A DNA stretch of 64,000 nucleotides from Mizugakiibacter sp. (GCA_003233305.1 QILI01000111.1:1322-65321); one strand, 5' to 3'; shown: positions 36,976 to 46,791, counted from the stretch's first letter. Notes: generated by a model not told the origin, from the letters alone. A program made the numbers and translations.

Positions 36976-38736
36976 TTACGGACGCTCTGCGTCCAGCGCA
37001 TCAGCCATCCCTTGCCGCGCCAGTTCGAGCTGCTGCGGTAGGTGTTCGCCATAGTCCGCCAGATACTCTCCAATCCCCTGCAACTCTTCGCCCCAGGCGA
37101 CAGGGTCCACGTGTAACAGGGATTCGAGCTGAGCCGGGTCGAGGTTGAGGCCGTGTAGATTGAGGTCCTGGATTCGTGGCAGAAAGCCGATCGGAGTTTC
37201 CGTAGCACCGGTATGACCGTGGCAGCGTCCCAGAATCCACTCGAGTACCCGTAGATTGTCACCGAAACCCGGCCATAAAAAATCCCCCTGCTGATTCTTG
37301 CGAAACCAGTTGACATGGAAGATTTTCGGCAGTTTGGCTCCGGGGCGATCGAAAGACAGCCAATGGGCGAAATAATCACCGAAGTTATAGCCGCAAAATG
37401 GCTTCATCGCCATGGGGTCGCGACGCAGTACCCCGACCTTACCAGTGGCGGCGGCGGTGGTTTCCGAAGCCATTGAGGCCCCCGCCAAGACTCCGTGAGT
37501 CCAATCACGAGCCTCGAACACCAAAGGTATCAGGTTGGCGCGACGGCCACCGAAGACGATCGCACTGATGGGGACGCCCTGTGGATCCTCGGCATGACTT
37601 GACCAGCTCGGGCATTGATCGGCCCGAACGGTGAAGCGTGAATTGGGGTGGGCAGCCGGGCCATTGGCGGGGTCGAAAGTTCGACCTTGCCAGTCAATAG
37701 CCGGTTGGCCGTCATGCAGTCCCTCCCACCAAGGCTGTACGTCGTTGGTGAGGGCGACGTTGGTGAAGATCGTGTCATGGGTAAGCATGGCCAAGGCGTT
37801 GGGATTGGTCTTGCGGCTGGTCCCGGGGGCGACGCCGAAGAAGCCAGCCTCGGGATTGATAGCCCAGAGCCGGCCATCGGCACCCGGTTGCATCCAACAG
37901 ATGTCGTCACCGACGGTCCATATTTTCCAACCAGCACGACGGTAGCTTGCCGGGGGAATAAGCATGGAGAGATTGGTTTTACCACAGGCCGAGGGAAAGG
38001 CGGCCGCAATGTAGTGAGTCTCACCCTGGGGGTTCTCGATACCCACGATGAGCATGTGTTCAGCCAGCCAGCCTTGCTGATGGCCCTGCCAGGAGGCGAT
38101 GCGCAGGGCATGGCATTTTTTACCCAGCAGGGCATTGCCGCCGTAGCCTGAGCCGTAAGACTGGATCAGGTTTTCCTCGGGGAAGTGCAGGATGAAGCGG
38201 CGTTCGGGATTGAGTTCACCGGTGGAATGCAGCCCTTTGACGAAGCGTGCTTCACGCTCGATACGCTGCAGTGCGGCTTGTCCCATGCGGGTCATGAGGC
38301 GCATATTGGCGACGACGTAGGGACTGTCGGTGATTTCCACGCCGCAACGCGACAGGGGGGAATCGATAGGCCCCATGCAGTACGGCACCACGTACAAAGT
38401 TCGGCCTTGCATGCAGCCATCGAATAGCGCATCCATCTTGAGATGGGCATCATGCGGACTCATCCAGTGATTGTTCGGACCCACTGCATCACGCTGCTGG
38501 GTACTGATAAAAGTCAGATGTTCAACCCGCGCCACGTCATCTGGATCGGAGCGGTGCAGGTAGCAGTCCGGATGAGTCGTGGGATTGATGGCGATCAGTT
38601 CACCGCTGGCCAGCATCAACTCGGTCAAAGCCTGGGCTTCCGTGTCCGAACCGTCGCACCAGTGAATACGATCCGGTCGGGTTCTGCGGGCGGTTGCCTG
38701 TACCCACTCGTTGAGTGTTTCCAATTGACTGCTCAT
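36976..38736 (-). CDS. pckG: Phosphoenolpyruvate carboxykinase (GTP)
   Basis: 'AAFPSACGKTNLSML' kinase-1a motif, 'WMSP', 'YVVPYCMGP', 586 aa. Confidence 0.95.
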   Translation of the reverse strand: MSSQLETLNEWVQATARRTRPDRIHWCDGSDTEAQALTELMLASGELIAINPTTHPDCYLHRSDPDDVARVEHLTFISTQQRDAVGPNNHWMSPHDAHLKMDALFDGCMQGRTLYVVPYCMGPIDSPLSRCGVEITDSPYVVANMRLMTRMGQAALQRIEREARFVKGLHSTGELNPERRFILHFPEENLIQSYGSGYGGNALLGKKCHALRIASWQGHQQGWLAEHMLIVGIENPQGETHYIAAAFPSACGKTNLSMLIPPASYRRAGWKIWTVGDDICWMQPGADGRLWAINPEAGFFGVAPGTSRKTNPNALAMLTHDTIFTNVALTNDVQPWWEGLHDGQPAIDWQGRTFDPANGPAAHPNSRFTVRADQCPSWSSHAEDPQGVPISAIVFGGRRANLIPLVFEARDWTHGVLAGASMASETTAAATGKVGVLRRDPMAMKPFCGYNFGDYFAHWLSFDRPGAKLPKIFHVNWFRKNQQGDFLWPGFGDNLRVLEWILGRCHGHTGATETPIGFLPRIQDLNLHGLNLDPAQLESLLHVDPVAWGEELQGIGEYLADYGEHLPQQLELARQGMADALDAERP

Positions 38737-38872
38737 GTGCCCTGTTCCCTACGCGAATCCGGCAAACTAGCCTGCTACGTCGGCGTTGACAAGACGCAGT
38801 GCAGCGCAACGGCCGTGGTGACGGCAGCCGTTTATTGCAACGGGGCCGGTTGGGATGGGCCGGAAGCTGGCG

Positions 38873-39454
38873 TTAGCGGGGAATCAGCGTATCGATCACA
38901 TGCTCAACGTAGGCGTCATAGTCCTCATGGGACAGGCGCGGCAGACCAAGATGTACGTTGGTTTGTAGAAAGCCAATATAAGCGGCATAGGTCAGACGGG
39001 CTCGATGGGTGGCTGCCTCCCGATTCAGGCCCGCCTGGCGGAAGGCCAGGGCCAGAAAATCCATCCGCCGCTGCGATACCCGGGCCATCATCGGCTGAAC
39101 CCGTGGATGATCGAGCGTGCGTAGCAGCGAGGCGTAAACTTGATGTGGCTGCACTTCGCGGGCGATCCGTCGAAATAGCTCACGCAGCCGGGCCCGAGGG
39201 TCTCCTTGTGGGGCAATCTCGGCCAACAAGGTGCGCTCCACATCGCGTTCCCAGCGTTCCAGGGTGGCGTCAAGTAGCGCATCACGGCTGCTGAAGTGCC
39301 AGTAGAAACTGCCCTTGGTGACCCCAAGCTGCCGCGCCAGGCTTTCGATTGCCAGGCCGCCCAGACCGTGCTCGGCGAGCGCATGCAGCGCCGCGCATTC
39401 CCAATCGGTGGTGCTGAGACGGCGGTTACGTTGGGGCTTGGAGATTTTTTCCAT
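38873..39454 (-). CDS. TetR-family transcriptional regulator
   Basis: HTH 'LAIESLARQLGVTKGSFYWHFSSRDALL'. Internal start MEKISKP. Divergent from the hydrolase-fadE pair. Confidence 0.85.
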   Translation of the reverse strand: MEKISKPQRNRRLSTTDWECAALHALAEHGLGGLAIESLARQLGVTKGSFYWHFSSRDALLDATLERWERDVERTLLAEIAPQGDPRARLRELFRRIAREVQPHQVYASLLRTLDHPRVQPMMARVSQRRMDFLALAFRQAGLNREAATHRARLTYAAYIGFLQTNVHLGLPRLSHEDYDAYVEHVIDTLIPR

Positions 39455-39541
39455 CTGCCAATGGTAGCGGGGTCGGGGCAGTAGGCCAAAAGACCCGTCT
39501 ACCCCATACATACTTATGCACATTGATTTGTGTGCGGCAAT

Positions 39542-39565
39542 TGACCATACTGAAAAGTATGGTCA
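39542..39565. promoter_or_regulatory. Candidate TetR operator: perfect 10-bp inverted repeat, 4-bp spacer
   Basis: TGACCATACT-GAAA-AGTATGGTCA in the TetR / hydrolase divergent region. Overlaps the ATG at 39559. Confidence 0.45.
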
Positions 39566-40458
39566 GCTCAAATATCCCAAGCAGTTTTCCCCCAGTGGTT
39601 CGAGTCCGGATGGCAGATGGTATTGAGCTGGCCACGGAACGCTGGGGCGATCCTGCGGCACCGTGCCTGTTGTTTGCGCATGGTTTCGGGCAGACCCGTC
39701 ATGCTTGGAGTGGCGCCTGTCGGGCTTTGGCGGCAAGCGGTTGGCAGTGTCTGAGTTTCGATGCACGCGGGCATGGTGAAAGTGATCGTATGCCGGCCGG
39801 CAATTATCACCTGCAGCAGTTCATCACCGATTTACAGGCGCTGGCTACTGCCGAGTCCGAACCACCTGTACTGATCGGCGCCTCAATGGGGGGATTGCTG
39901 GGGATCGCCTTGGCAGGCACTTTACCCTCGCCGCCGCTGTCGGCCTTGGTGCTGGTTGATATCACCCCACGCTGGGAAGCCCGCGGGGTCGAACGGATTC
40001 TGGCCTTCATGCGTGCTTATCCAGAAGGCTTTGCGGATATCGATGAGGTTATGGCGGCTATCGGAAAGTATCTTCCACACCGCCGTGAGCGCAAGAATGA
40101 AGAGCGTTTACGGGCCTTGTTGCGAGCCTCCGACGATGGCCGGTTGCACTGGCACTGGGACCCGGAATTGCTGGATGCGGTGGCCGGGGAGGGTGAGCGT
40201 TACCAGCCTATGCTGCTGGAGGCTACCCGCAACATCCGCCTGCCGACTTTGCTAATTTCAGGTGGCCAGAGTGATGTGGTTTCGGATCGGACTGTGGATG
40301 AGTTTTTACAATTGTTGCCGCAGGCACAGCATGTGCAACTACCTAAAGCCACCCATATGGTTGCTGGGGATGCCAACGATGCATTCACTGTGGCGATCGA
40401 GAATTTTGTACGCGCCCTGCCGCAAGCAGCGCGCATTATCGAGGTGAACACAACATGA
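39559..40458 (+). CDS. Alpha/beta-fold hydrolase
   Basis: 'LLFAHGFGQTRHAW', nucleophile elbow 'GASMGG', C-terminal 'ATHMVAGD'. Start uncertain (39559 or 39610). Confidence 0.75.
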   Translation: MVSSNIPSSFPPVVRVRMADGIELATERWGDPAAPCLLFAHGFGQTRHAWSGACRALAASGWQCLSFDARGHGESDRMPAGNYHLQQFITDLQALATAESEPPVLIGASMGGLLGIALAGTLPSPPLSALVLVDITPRWEARGVERILAFMRAYPEGFADIDEVMAAIGKYLPHRRERKNEERLRALLRASDDGRLHWHWDPELLDAVAGEGERYQPMLLEATRNIRLPTLLISGGQSDVVSDRTVDEFLQLLPQAQHVQLPKATHMVAGDANDAFTVAIENFVRALPQAARIIEVNTT

Positions 40459-42926
40459 GTATCTTGCTGATGATTCTCGCTGCGTTGGTGGTAACGCTGG
40501 CGTGTACCTACATACGGCTTGGCGTAGTGGTTTGGGGGCTGCTGACTGCAGCGACTATAGCTGTGGTGGGACTGCTTGCTGGAACCGTACTGGCGATGGG
40601 TATTGTCCTATTGGTCTTTGCGCTGTTGGTGCTGCCATTCGCTATTCGTCCACTGCGGCGTTCGTTATTCAGTAAGCCGTTACTCAGTGCTTTTCGTAAG
40701 GCCTTGCCCAGCTTGTCTGATACCGAGCGGACCGCCCTGGAGGCTGGCACGATTGGTTTCGAAGGTGAGCTGTTTTCCGGCAAGCCCGATTGGAACGTAT
40801 TGCTGAGTCAGCCCAAGCCGGTATTGTCTGCGGCTGAGCAGGCCTTTCTGGACGGCCCGGTCGAAGAACTGTGCGGAATGCTGGATGAGTGGCAGATTAC
40901 CCATGAACTGGCTGATTTGCCGCCGCAGGTCTGGGAGTTTATCAAGAAGAACCACTTTTTCGGTATGATCATCCCCAAACAGTACGGGGGACTCGAGTTT
41001 TCCGCGCTGGCCCATTCTGCCGTGCTGCAGAAGCTGGCCAGCATGTCGGCGGTGGCTTCTTCGACGGTAGCAGTGCCCAATTCTCTCGGACCTGCCGAAT
41101 TACTGCTGCAGTACGGAACCGAGGAACAGAAGAACCACTATTTGCCCCGGCTTGCGGATGGTAGAGATGTGCCCTGTTTTGCCTTGACCGGTCCGTACGC
41201 CGGTTCGGATGCCACCTCGATCCCTGATTTCGGTATTGTCTGCAAGGGCGAATGGCAAGGCGAGACGGTGTTGGGGATGCGCCTGACCTTCGACAAACGC
41301 TACATTACCCTGTCACCGGTGGCTACCGTCGTCGGTCTGGCTTTTCAGTTGTTCGATCCTGATGCGTTGCTGGGGGCTCGCGAGGACATTGGTATTTCGC
41401 TGGCACTGCTGCCCCACGATACCCCGGGACTGGATATCGGTCGCCGTCACCTGCCGTTGAACGTACCGTTCCAGAATGGTCCGGTGCGTGGTCACGAGGT
41501 ATTCGTGCCGCTGTCATTCCTGATTGGTGGGACCGCTATGGCTGGCCATGGTTGGCGCATGTTGGTGGAGGTGCTTTCGGTTGGCCGGGCCATCTCACTG
41601 CCGTCCAATTCCACCGGTTTCGTGAAGATGGCGGCGGCGGCGACGGGTGCCTACGCCCGCATTCGCAAGCAGTTTGGCCTGGCTATTGGCCGTTTCGAAG
41701 GTGTGGAGGAAGCCCTGGCCCGGATTGGTGGCTATACCTATGCCATTTCGGCCTTGTCACAGTCGACGGCTGCGGCGGTCGATCGCGGTGAAAAGCCGGC
41801 AGTCACCTCGTCGATCGCCAAATATCACACCACCGAGTTGGGGCGTGAAGTAGTTCGTGATGCCATGGACGTGCATGGCGGCAAGGGCATCATCCTCGGC
41901 CCTGGCAATTACCTAGGGCGCAGTTGGCAGGGGACCCCGATCGGTATCACTGTGGAGGGTGCCAATATCATGACCCGCAGTCTGATGATTTTCGGGCAAG
42001 GTGCCATTCGCTGCCATCCCTATGTGCTCAAGGAGATGCATGCCGTTGGTCAAGCCGATCACCTGGAAGGTCTGCGGATTTTTGACCAGGCACTATTCGC
42101 CCACTTTGGTTTTGGGGTTTCCAATGCGGTGCGTAGTCTGCTGCTCGGGCTGGCACAAGGGCGGTTTGGTCGGGTCCCTGGAGACGCTTATACCCGGCGT
42201 TTCTACCGCAAGCTCAATCGGTATTCCGCAGCCCTCGCCCTGACTGCCGACGTGGCCATGGGGGTGCTGGGTGGCCGCTTAAAGTTCAAGGAAAAACTGT
42301 CGGCGCGCCTCGGCGACGTACTAAGTTACCTGTACATTGCCAGCGCCATGCTCAAGCGTTATGAGGACGAACAGCGCCCCGAGGATGAGCGGGTGTTGCT
42401 GGCTTGGGCCTTCCATGAAAGCATCTGGCGGATACAGAGGGCCCTGGATGGGGTGATTCGCAACTTCCCGGTGCGCCCGGTGGCCTGGCTGCTGCGGGTA
42501 CTGGTGTTTCCATTAGGGCGGCGGGAGGCGCCGCCCTCAGATCGTTTGGGACGGCGGGTGGCCGCACTGATTACCGCCCCCTGTGTAGGACGCGATCGCC
42601 TGGTCCAGGGAGCCTTTCTTGAGCCTACTGAGAACAACCAGGTGGGCCGCATGCATGCCCTATTGCCGGAAGTGGTTGCCGCGGAGCCGGTCGAACGCAA
42701 GTTTTTCAAGGCGCTGAAGTCCGGCCAGATCCGTACTCACCAGTACCTGCAACAGTTGGCAGAGGCCGAACAGCTGGGAGTCATCAGTGCCGAGGAACAT
42801 GCTCAGCTGAAGCGTTTACGCGAGCTGACCGCAGAGTTTATCAACGTGGATGACTTCGATGCGGAAGCCCTGCAGGCGGCCAGACCCCGCTCATCGACAG
42901 ACCCCTCCCTGCGCTCGGTGGCCTGA
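40455..42926 (+). CDS. fadE: Large membrane-anchored acyl-CoA dehydrogenase (FadE type)
   Basis: 823 aa. N-terminal TM helices, then 'FFGMIIPKQYGGLEFSA', 'ALTGPYAGSDA', 'EGANIMTRSLMIFGQGAIRCHPY'. ATGA overlap with the upstream gene. Confidence 0.85.
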   Translation: MSILLMILAALVVTLACTYIRLGVVVWGLLTAATIAVVGLLAGTVLAMGIVLLVFALLVLPFAIRPLRRSLFSKPLLSAFRKALPSLSDTERTALEAGTIGFEGELFSGKPDWNVLLSQPKPVLSAAEQAFLDGPVEELCGMLDEWQITHELADLPPQVWEFIKKNHFFGMIIPKQYGGLEFSALAHSAVLQKLASMSAVASSTVAVPNSLGPAELLLQYGTEEQKNHYLPRLADGRDVPCFALTGPYAGSDATSIPDFGIVCKGEWQGETVLGMRLTFDKRYITLSPVATVVGLAFQLFDPDALLGAREDIGISLALLPHDTPGLDIGRRHLPLNVPFQNGPVRGHEVFVPLSFLIGGTAMAGHGWRMLVEVLSVGRAISLPSNSTGFVKMAAAATGAYARIRKQFGLAIGRFEGVEEALARIGGYTYAISALSQSTAAAVDRGEKPAVTSSIAKYHTTELGREVVRDAMDVHGGKGIILGPGNYLGRSWQGTPIGITVEGANIMTRSLMIFGQGAIRCHPYVLKEMHAVGQADHLEGLRIFDQALFAHFGFGVSNAVRSLLLGLAQGRFGRVPGDAYTRRFYRKLNRYSAALALTADVAMGVLGGRLKFKEKLSARLGDVLSYLYIASAMLKRYEDEQRPEDERVLLAWAFHESIWRIQRALDGVIRNFPVRPVAWLLRVLVFPLGRREAPPSDRLGRRVAALITAPCVGRDRLVQGAFLEPTENNQVGRMHALLPEVVAAEPVERKFFKALKSGQIRTHQYLQQLAEAEQLGVISAEEHAQLKRLRELTAEFINVDDFDAEALQAARPRSSTDPSLRSVA

Positions 42927-43116
42927 ATGCGGACCGTGTCCATCATTCGGTTTGCGCCTGTAGGATGTGCTAATGGATGAATCGCATCGACAAGCAGATC
43001 CGGGTTAGCTCGCCGTAGGATACGGCGAGGTGCGAACCGCATCGGTCGAGACCACTTCTTCACCATGCATGGTGCCGAGCGGCATGAAAATCGCCTGCGG
43101 GTGAATCATTCATTCG

Positions 43117-43570
43117 CCTGGCCCCGCACTGCGAACCTTGACTATGGACAAGCATGCCGCCACCCACTTGTCATTCCCGCGCAGGCGGGAATCCACTCGG
43201 CCTGGATCACGTTTGAGGCTCGCTCGGGCGCTGCCGTGAGACCGTGGATCCCGGGTCTGCGCCCGGGATGACAAGACTTCTTGCAGTGCCCGCACCCCTT
43301 ATTGTCATTCCCGCGCAGGCGGGAATCCACTCGGCCCGGATCACGTTTGAGGCTCGCTCGGGCGCTGCCGTGAGACCGTGGATCCCGGGTCTGCGCCCGG
43401 GATGACAAGACTTCTTGCAGTGTCCGCACCCCTTATTGTCATTCCCGCGCAGGCGGGAATCCACCCGGCCCGGATCACGTTTGAGGCTCGCTCGGGCGCT
43501 GCCGCCAGATCGGGGATCCCGGGTCTACGCCCGGGATGACAGAAAAAGCATGGTGCTGCGCCCGGGATGA
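43117..43570 (+). repeat. REP-like element: head module + three tandem 134-bp units + partial unit
   Basis: GTCATTCCCGCGCAGGCGGGAATCC starts at 43170, 43304 and 43438, an exact 134-bp period. Each unit ends GGATCCCGGGTCTGCGCCCGGGATGAC. The units are near-identical. Confidence 0.9.
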
Positions 43571-43637
43571 CGATAATAGAAGGCGGCACGGTACCCGTGA
43601 ACATCGATGTGCGCTGAGCAAAAAACAGGCACGGATT

Positions 43638-45245
43638 TTAACGGCCTGCTGCCGTATCGACGGCATGCTCGCGGATTGCCGAGAAACGTATATCCGGAGA
43701 GCGCTCCTGGGCAAGCTGTAAATTCACTCTGGAAGGGGCCAAATACACCAGTTCAGCGGCGGCATCCAGGGCCAGATAGGGGGCATACTTCTCGCGGAAC
43801 GCTTGCAGCGTGACCTCGTTGTCGCAGTGAATCCAGCGGGTGGTGGTCACGCCGACGTTCTCGAAGCTTGCCTCGACGCCGTATTCGTCCCGCAGACGAT
43901 AGGCGACCACGTCGAACTGCAGTACGCCCACGGCACCGAGGATCAGGTCGTTGGACATCAGCGGGCGAAAGAATTGCGTAGCCCCCTCCTCGGAAAGCTG
44001 CGCTAAGCCTTTCTGTAGGGCCTTCATTTTAAGTGGATCGCGTAGACGGGCCCGTCGAAACAGTTCTGGGGCAAAGTTGGGAATACCAGTGAAGCCAAGT
44101 GCTTCGCCGGCCGTGAAGGTGTCACCGATGGCGATGGTGCCATGGTTGTGCAAACCAATTACATCACCCGGGTAGGCTAGCTCGACATGGTCACGATCTG
44201 CGGCCATGAAGGTGAGTGCATTGGCGATGCGCAGCTCTTTGCCGGTACGAACCTGCAGCATCTTCATGCCGGAGGTATAGCAACCGGAACAGACCCTGAG
44301 AAAGGCTACGCGGTCACGATGCTGTGGGTCCATATTGGCCTGGATCTTGAAGACGAAACCACTGAAAGCGGCCTCTGCAGGGTTTACTTCGCGGCCGGTG
44401 GTGGGGCGAGGTTGCGGCGGCGGAGCATGTTTGACAAAGAAATCAAGCAATAACTGCACCCCAAAGTTATTGACCGCCGAACCGAAGAACACCGGGGTCT
44501 GCGCACCGGCCAGATAGGCTTCAGGCTCGAAAGGATGGGACGCACCCTGTACCAGTTCCAGTTCTTCACGTAACTCGGCTAACAGGTCGGGTTCCAGGTG
44601 TCGGGCCAGATCGGGGTGATCCAGTCCCTTGATAATGGTGGAGTTCTGGCGGGTGAAATTCTTGCCAGGCTCGAACAGATGTACCTCGTCCCGCAACAGG
44701 TGGTAAATACCCTTGAGTCGCTTACCCATACCGATTGGCCAAGTGATCGGTGCGCACTGGATGCCGAGTACGGATTCCACTTCATCGAGCAGTTCGATCG
44801 GATTGCGGCCTTCCCTGTCGAGTTTGTTGATAAAGCTCATGATGGGCGTATCGCGCAGGCGGCAGACCTCCATCAGCTTGATGGTGCGGGCCTCGACACC
44901 CTTGGCGCAGTCGATCACCATCAAGGCCGAATCGACCGCGGTCAGCACCCGATAAGTGTCTTCGGAAAAGTCGGCATGGCCCGGGGTGTCGAGCAAGTTG
45001 ATGGTGTGCCCGGCGTAAGGAAACTGCATGACCGAGCTGGTGACCGAAATGCCCCGCTCTTTTTCCATGGTCATCCAGTCGGAGGTGGCATGGCGCGTGG
45101 CTTTGCGGCTTTTGACCGAACCGGCCATCTGGATAGCCCCACCGAACAGCAGCAGCTTTTCGGTCAGCGTGGTCTTGCCGGCATCGGGATGGCTGATGAT
45201 GGCAAAGGTACGCCGGTGACGGATTTCGCTGGAAACATCGGGCAT
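43638..45245 (-). CDS. prfC: Peptide chain release factor 3
   Basis: '[29 protein letters not shown]', 'DTPGHADF', 'NKLDR'. Confidence 0.95.
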   Translation of the reverse strand: MPDVSSEIRHRRTFAIISHPDAGKTTLTEKLLLFGGAIQMAGSVKSRKATRHATSDWMTMEKERGISVTSSVMQFPYAGHTINLLDTPGHADFSEDTYRVLTAVDSALMVIDCAKGVEARTIKLMEVCRLRDTPIMSFINKLDREGRNPIELLDEVESVLGIQCAPITWPIGMGKRLKGIYHLLRDEVHLFEPGKNFTRQNSTIIKGLDHPDLARHLEPDLLAELREELELVQGASHPFEPEAYLAGAQTPVFFGSAVNNFGVQLLLDFFVKHAPPPQPRPTTGREVNPAEAAFSGFVFKIQANMDPQHRDRVAFLRVCSGCYTSGMKMLQVRTGKELRIANALTFMAADRDHVELAYPGDVIGLHNHGTIAIGDTFTAGEALGFTGIPNFAPELFRRARLRDPLKMKALQKGLAQLSEEGATQFFRPLMSNDLILGAVGVLQFDVVAYRLRDEYGVEASFENVGVTTTRWIHCDNEVTLQAFREKYAPYLALDAAAELVYLAPSRVNLQLAQERSPDIRFSAIREHAVDTAAGR

Positions 45246-45477
45246 GAGGGTAGTTCAGATAGATGCCAATGGGAGCCGGGCATTATAAGCCATGCAGCAC
45301 GATGTCTGGCTTGGTGCTCACCAGCCAGCTCTGTTGAAGCGGCGGTCATTATCGATCAAGCGGTCTGCTGGGTACTCATGTATCTGTATCTGCGGCACGT
45401 ACTGGTCGGCACACTGTGTGCAAGGTGGGCTAAAACTACAATCCAGATACCTCATGTGTTGATTGATAAAAGCAAAT

Positions 45478-45501
45478 AGACATATAGACGTCTATACCGC
45501 T
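45478..45501 (+). promoter_or_regulatory. Three tandem metbox-like octamers upstream of metX
   Basis: AGACATAT AGACGTCT ATACCGCT = 6/8, 8/8 and 5/8 matches to AGACGTCT. They overlap a possible TTGATT-N18-TATAGA promoter. Confidence 0.55.
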
Positions 45502-45539
45502 ATTGACGGATGATGGGTGTTCACGTAAAGTTACTCCCG

Positions 45540-45662
45540 AAACTCATCGAGACCGGCGGAGGGACAGGCCCTTTGATGCCGGGGCAACCACGCAACCGCA
45601 AGGCTGCGTACGGTGCCAACTCCTGCGGAGAGCGCATGTTGCGTTCGCCGAGAGATGAGTCA
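45540..45662 (+). promoter_or_regulatory. SAM-I (S-box) riboswitch aptamer in the metX leader
   Basis: P1 CTCATC...GATGAG. GAGACCGGCGGAGGGACAGGCCCTTTGATGCCGGGGCAACC. P3 hairpin ACGCA..TGCGT. ACGGTGCCAACTCCTGC...GAGAGATGAG. Matches the conserved S-box core. Confidence 0.85.
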
Positions 45663-45743
45663 TCCGTTCTGGCGCTATCGCCTGGTAACGGGTTGGCTGC
45701 TCCGGTTCTCCACAGGCTCGATGCTTGCTACAGGAGATCCGCC

Positions 45744-46790
45744 ATGACCTTTGAAAATTCTTCCAGCTTTGCTTCCGAATCCATCGGTATCGATATACCG
45801 GCGTGTCGCAATCATTCGCAGCAGCGTGGTGTGCCGGGGGTGATGGCCAGTAAGAAACTACGGATTCGTCCCAAGTACGCTCCCTCCGATCCGGTTGAGG
45901 TAGAGCTTGCCTACCAACTGGTGGGTGCAGCGGGAGCACCTGTGGTGCTGGTGCAGGGAGGTATTTCGGCGCATCGATCGGTCTGTGCGCACCATGCCGA
46001 TGCGGCACCGGGCTGGTGGGAACCGCTGGTGGGTATCGGCAAGGGTATCGACCTACGGCACTTCCGGGTGCTGTCTATCGATTGGCTGGATGCGGAGGCT
46101 TGTAGTGCGCAGTCGGTGTCTAGTGAGGATCAGGCGGAGGCTCTGGCCGGTCTGCTGGATGCCCTGTTTATCGACAAGGTTCACACTTTTATCGGTGCAT
46201 CCTATGGGGCCATGGTGGGCTTGGCCCTGGCCCTGCGGCACCCGCAGCGTCTGGATCGCCTGGTATTGATCGCTGGCGCCCACCGACCGCATCCGCTGGC
46301 CAGTGCCCAGCGTGCCATCCAGCGCGATATCGTTCGTCTGGGCCTGGCAAGCGGGCAGGTCGATCAGGCCATGTCCCTGGCGCGGCAACTGGCCATGACC
46401 ACCTATCGTGGGGCGAGTGAAATGGCGCAGCGCTTTCAGGGTGAGGCCACACAGATTGATGGCCGTTGGCAGCGGCCGGTGGAAGCATGGCTGCAGCGTC
46501 ACGGTGAGCGTTTCGCGCGATCCTTTTCAGCACGACACTTTTTGGCACTTTCCGAATCGATCGATTTGCATTCGATCGAGCCGGAGACGATCCAGGTGCC
46601 GACCCGGTTGATCGGCTTCAGCTCCGATCGGCTAGTACCTCTGGCCGATTTGTTTGAATTGCAACAGCGGCTGGGGGTGACCGCTTCGCTTGAGGTCCTC
46701 GACTCGCCCTATGGCCACGACGCCTTCCTCAAAGAGTATGACCGACTCACCCCTATCCTGCGTGATGCACTGGACCACGGAATCCACTGA
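45744..46790 (+). CDS. metX: Homoserine O-acyltransferase (MetX type)
   Basis: 'VVLVQGGISAHRS', nucleophile elbow 'GASYGAMVGLALA', 'SDRLVP', 'SPYGHDAFL'. Start placed after the riboswitch (AGGAG RBS, ATG 45744). Confidence 0.85.
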   Translation: MTFENSSSFASESIGIDIPACRNHSQQRGVPGVMASKKLRIRPKYAPSDPVEVELAYQLVGAAGAPVVLVQGGISAHRSVCAHHADAAPGWWEPLVGIGKGIDLRHFRVLSIDWLDAEACSAQSVSSEDQAEALAGLLDALFIDKVHTFIGASYGAMVGLALALRHPQRLDRLVLIAGAHRPHPLASAQRAIQRDIVRLGLASGQVDQAMSLARQLAMTTYRGASEMAQRFQGEATQIDGRWQRPVEAWLQRHGERFARSFSARHFLALSESIDLHSIEPETIQVPTRLIGFSSDRLVPLADLFELQQRLGVTASLEVLDSPYGHDAFLKEYDRLTPILRDALDHGIH

Positions 46791-46791
46791 A

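Noticed and set aside
43170-43570. Possible CRISPR array, because of regularly spaced palindromic repeats.
   Set aside because: The whole 134-bp unit is repeated, including the inter-hairpin sequence, so there are no unique spacers. The period is too long, and there are no cas genes or leader in the window.
43065-43721. A cluster of 60-95 aa ORFs on both strands ('VIPAQAGIH', 'DSRLRGNDNKG', 'PGADPGSTVSRQRPSEPQT').
   Set aside because: They are translations of the palindromic REP-like repeats. The same peptides recur wherever the repeat occurs (23476-23718, 36557-36872), and they overlap each other in several frames.
45510-45743. N-terminal 78 aa of the 426-aa metX ORF.
   Set aside because: This stretch is the SAM-I riboswitch and its expression platform. 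An AGGAG RBS precedes ATG 45744, and MetX similarity starts after it.
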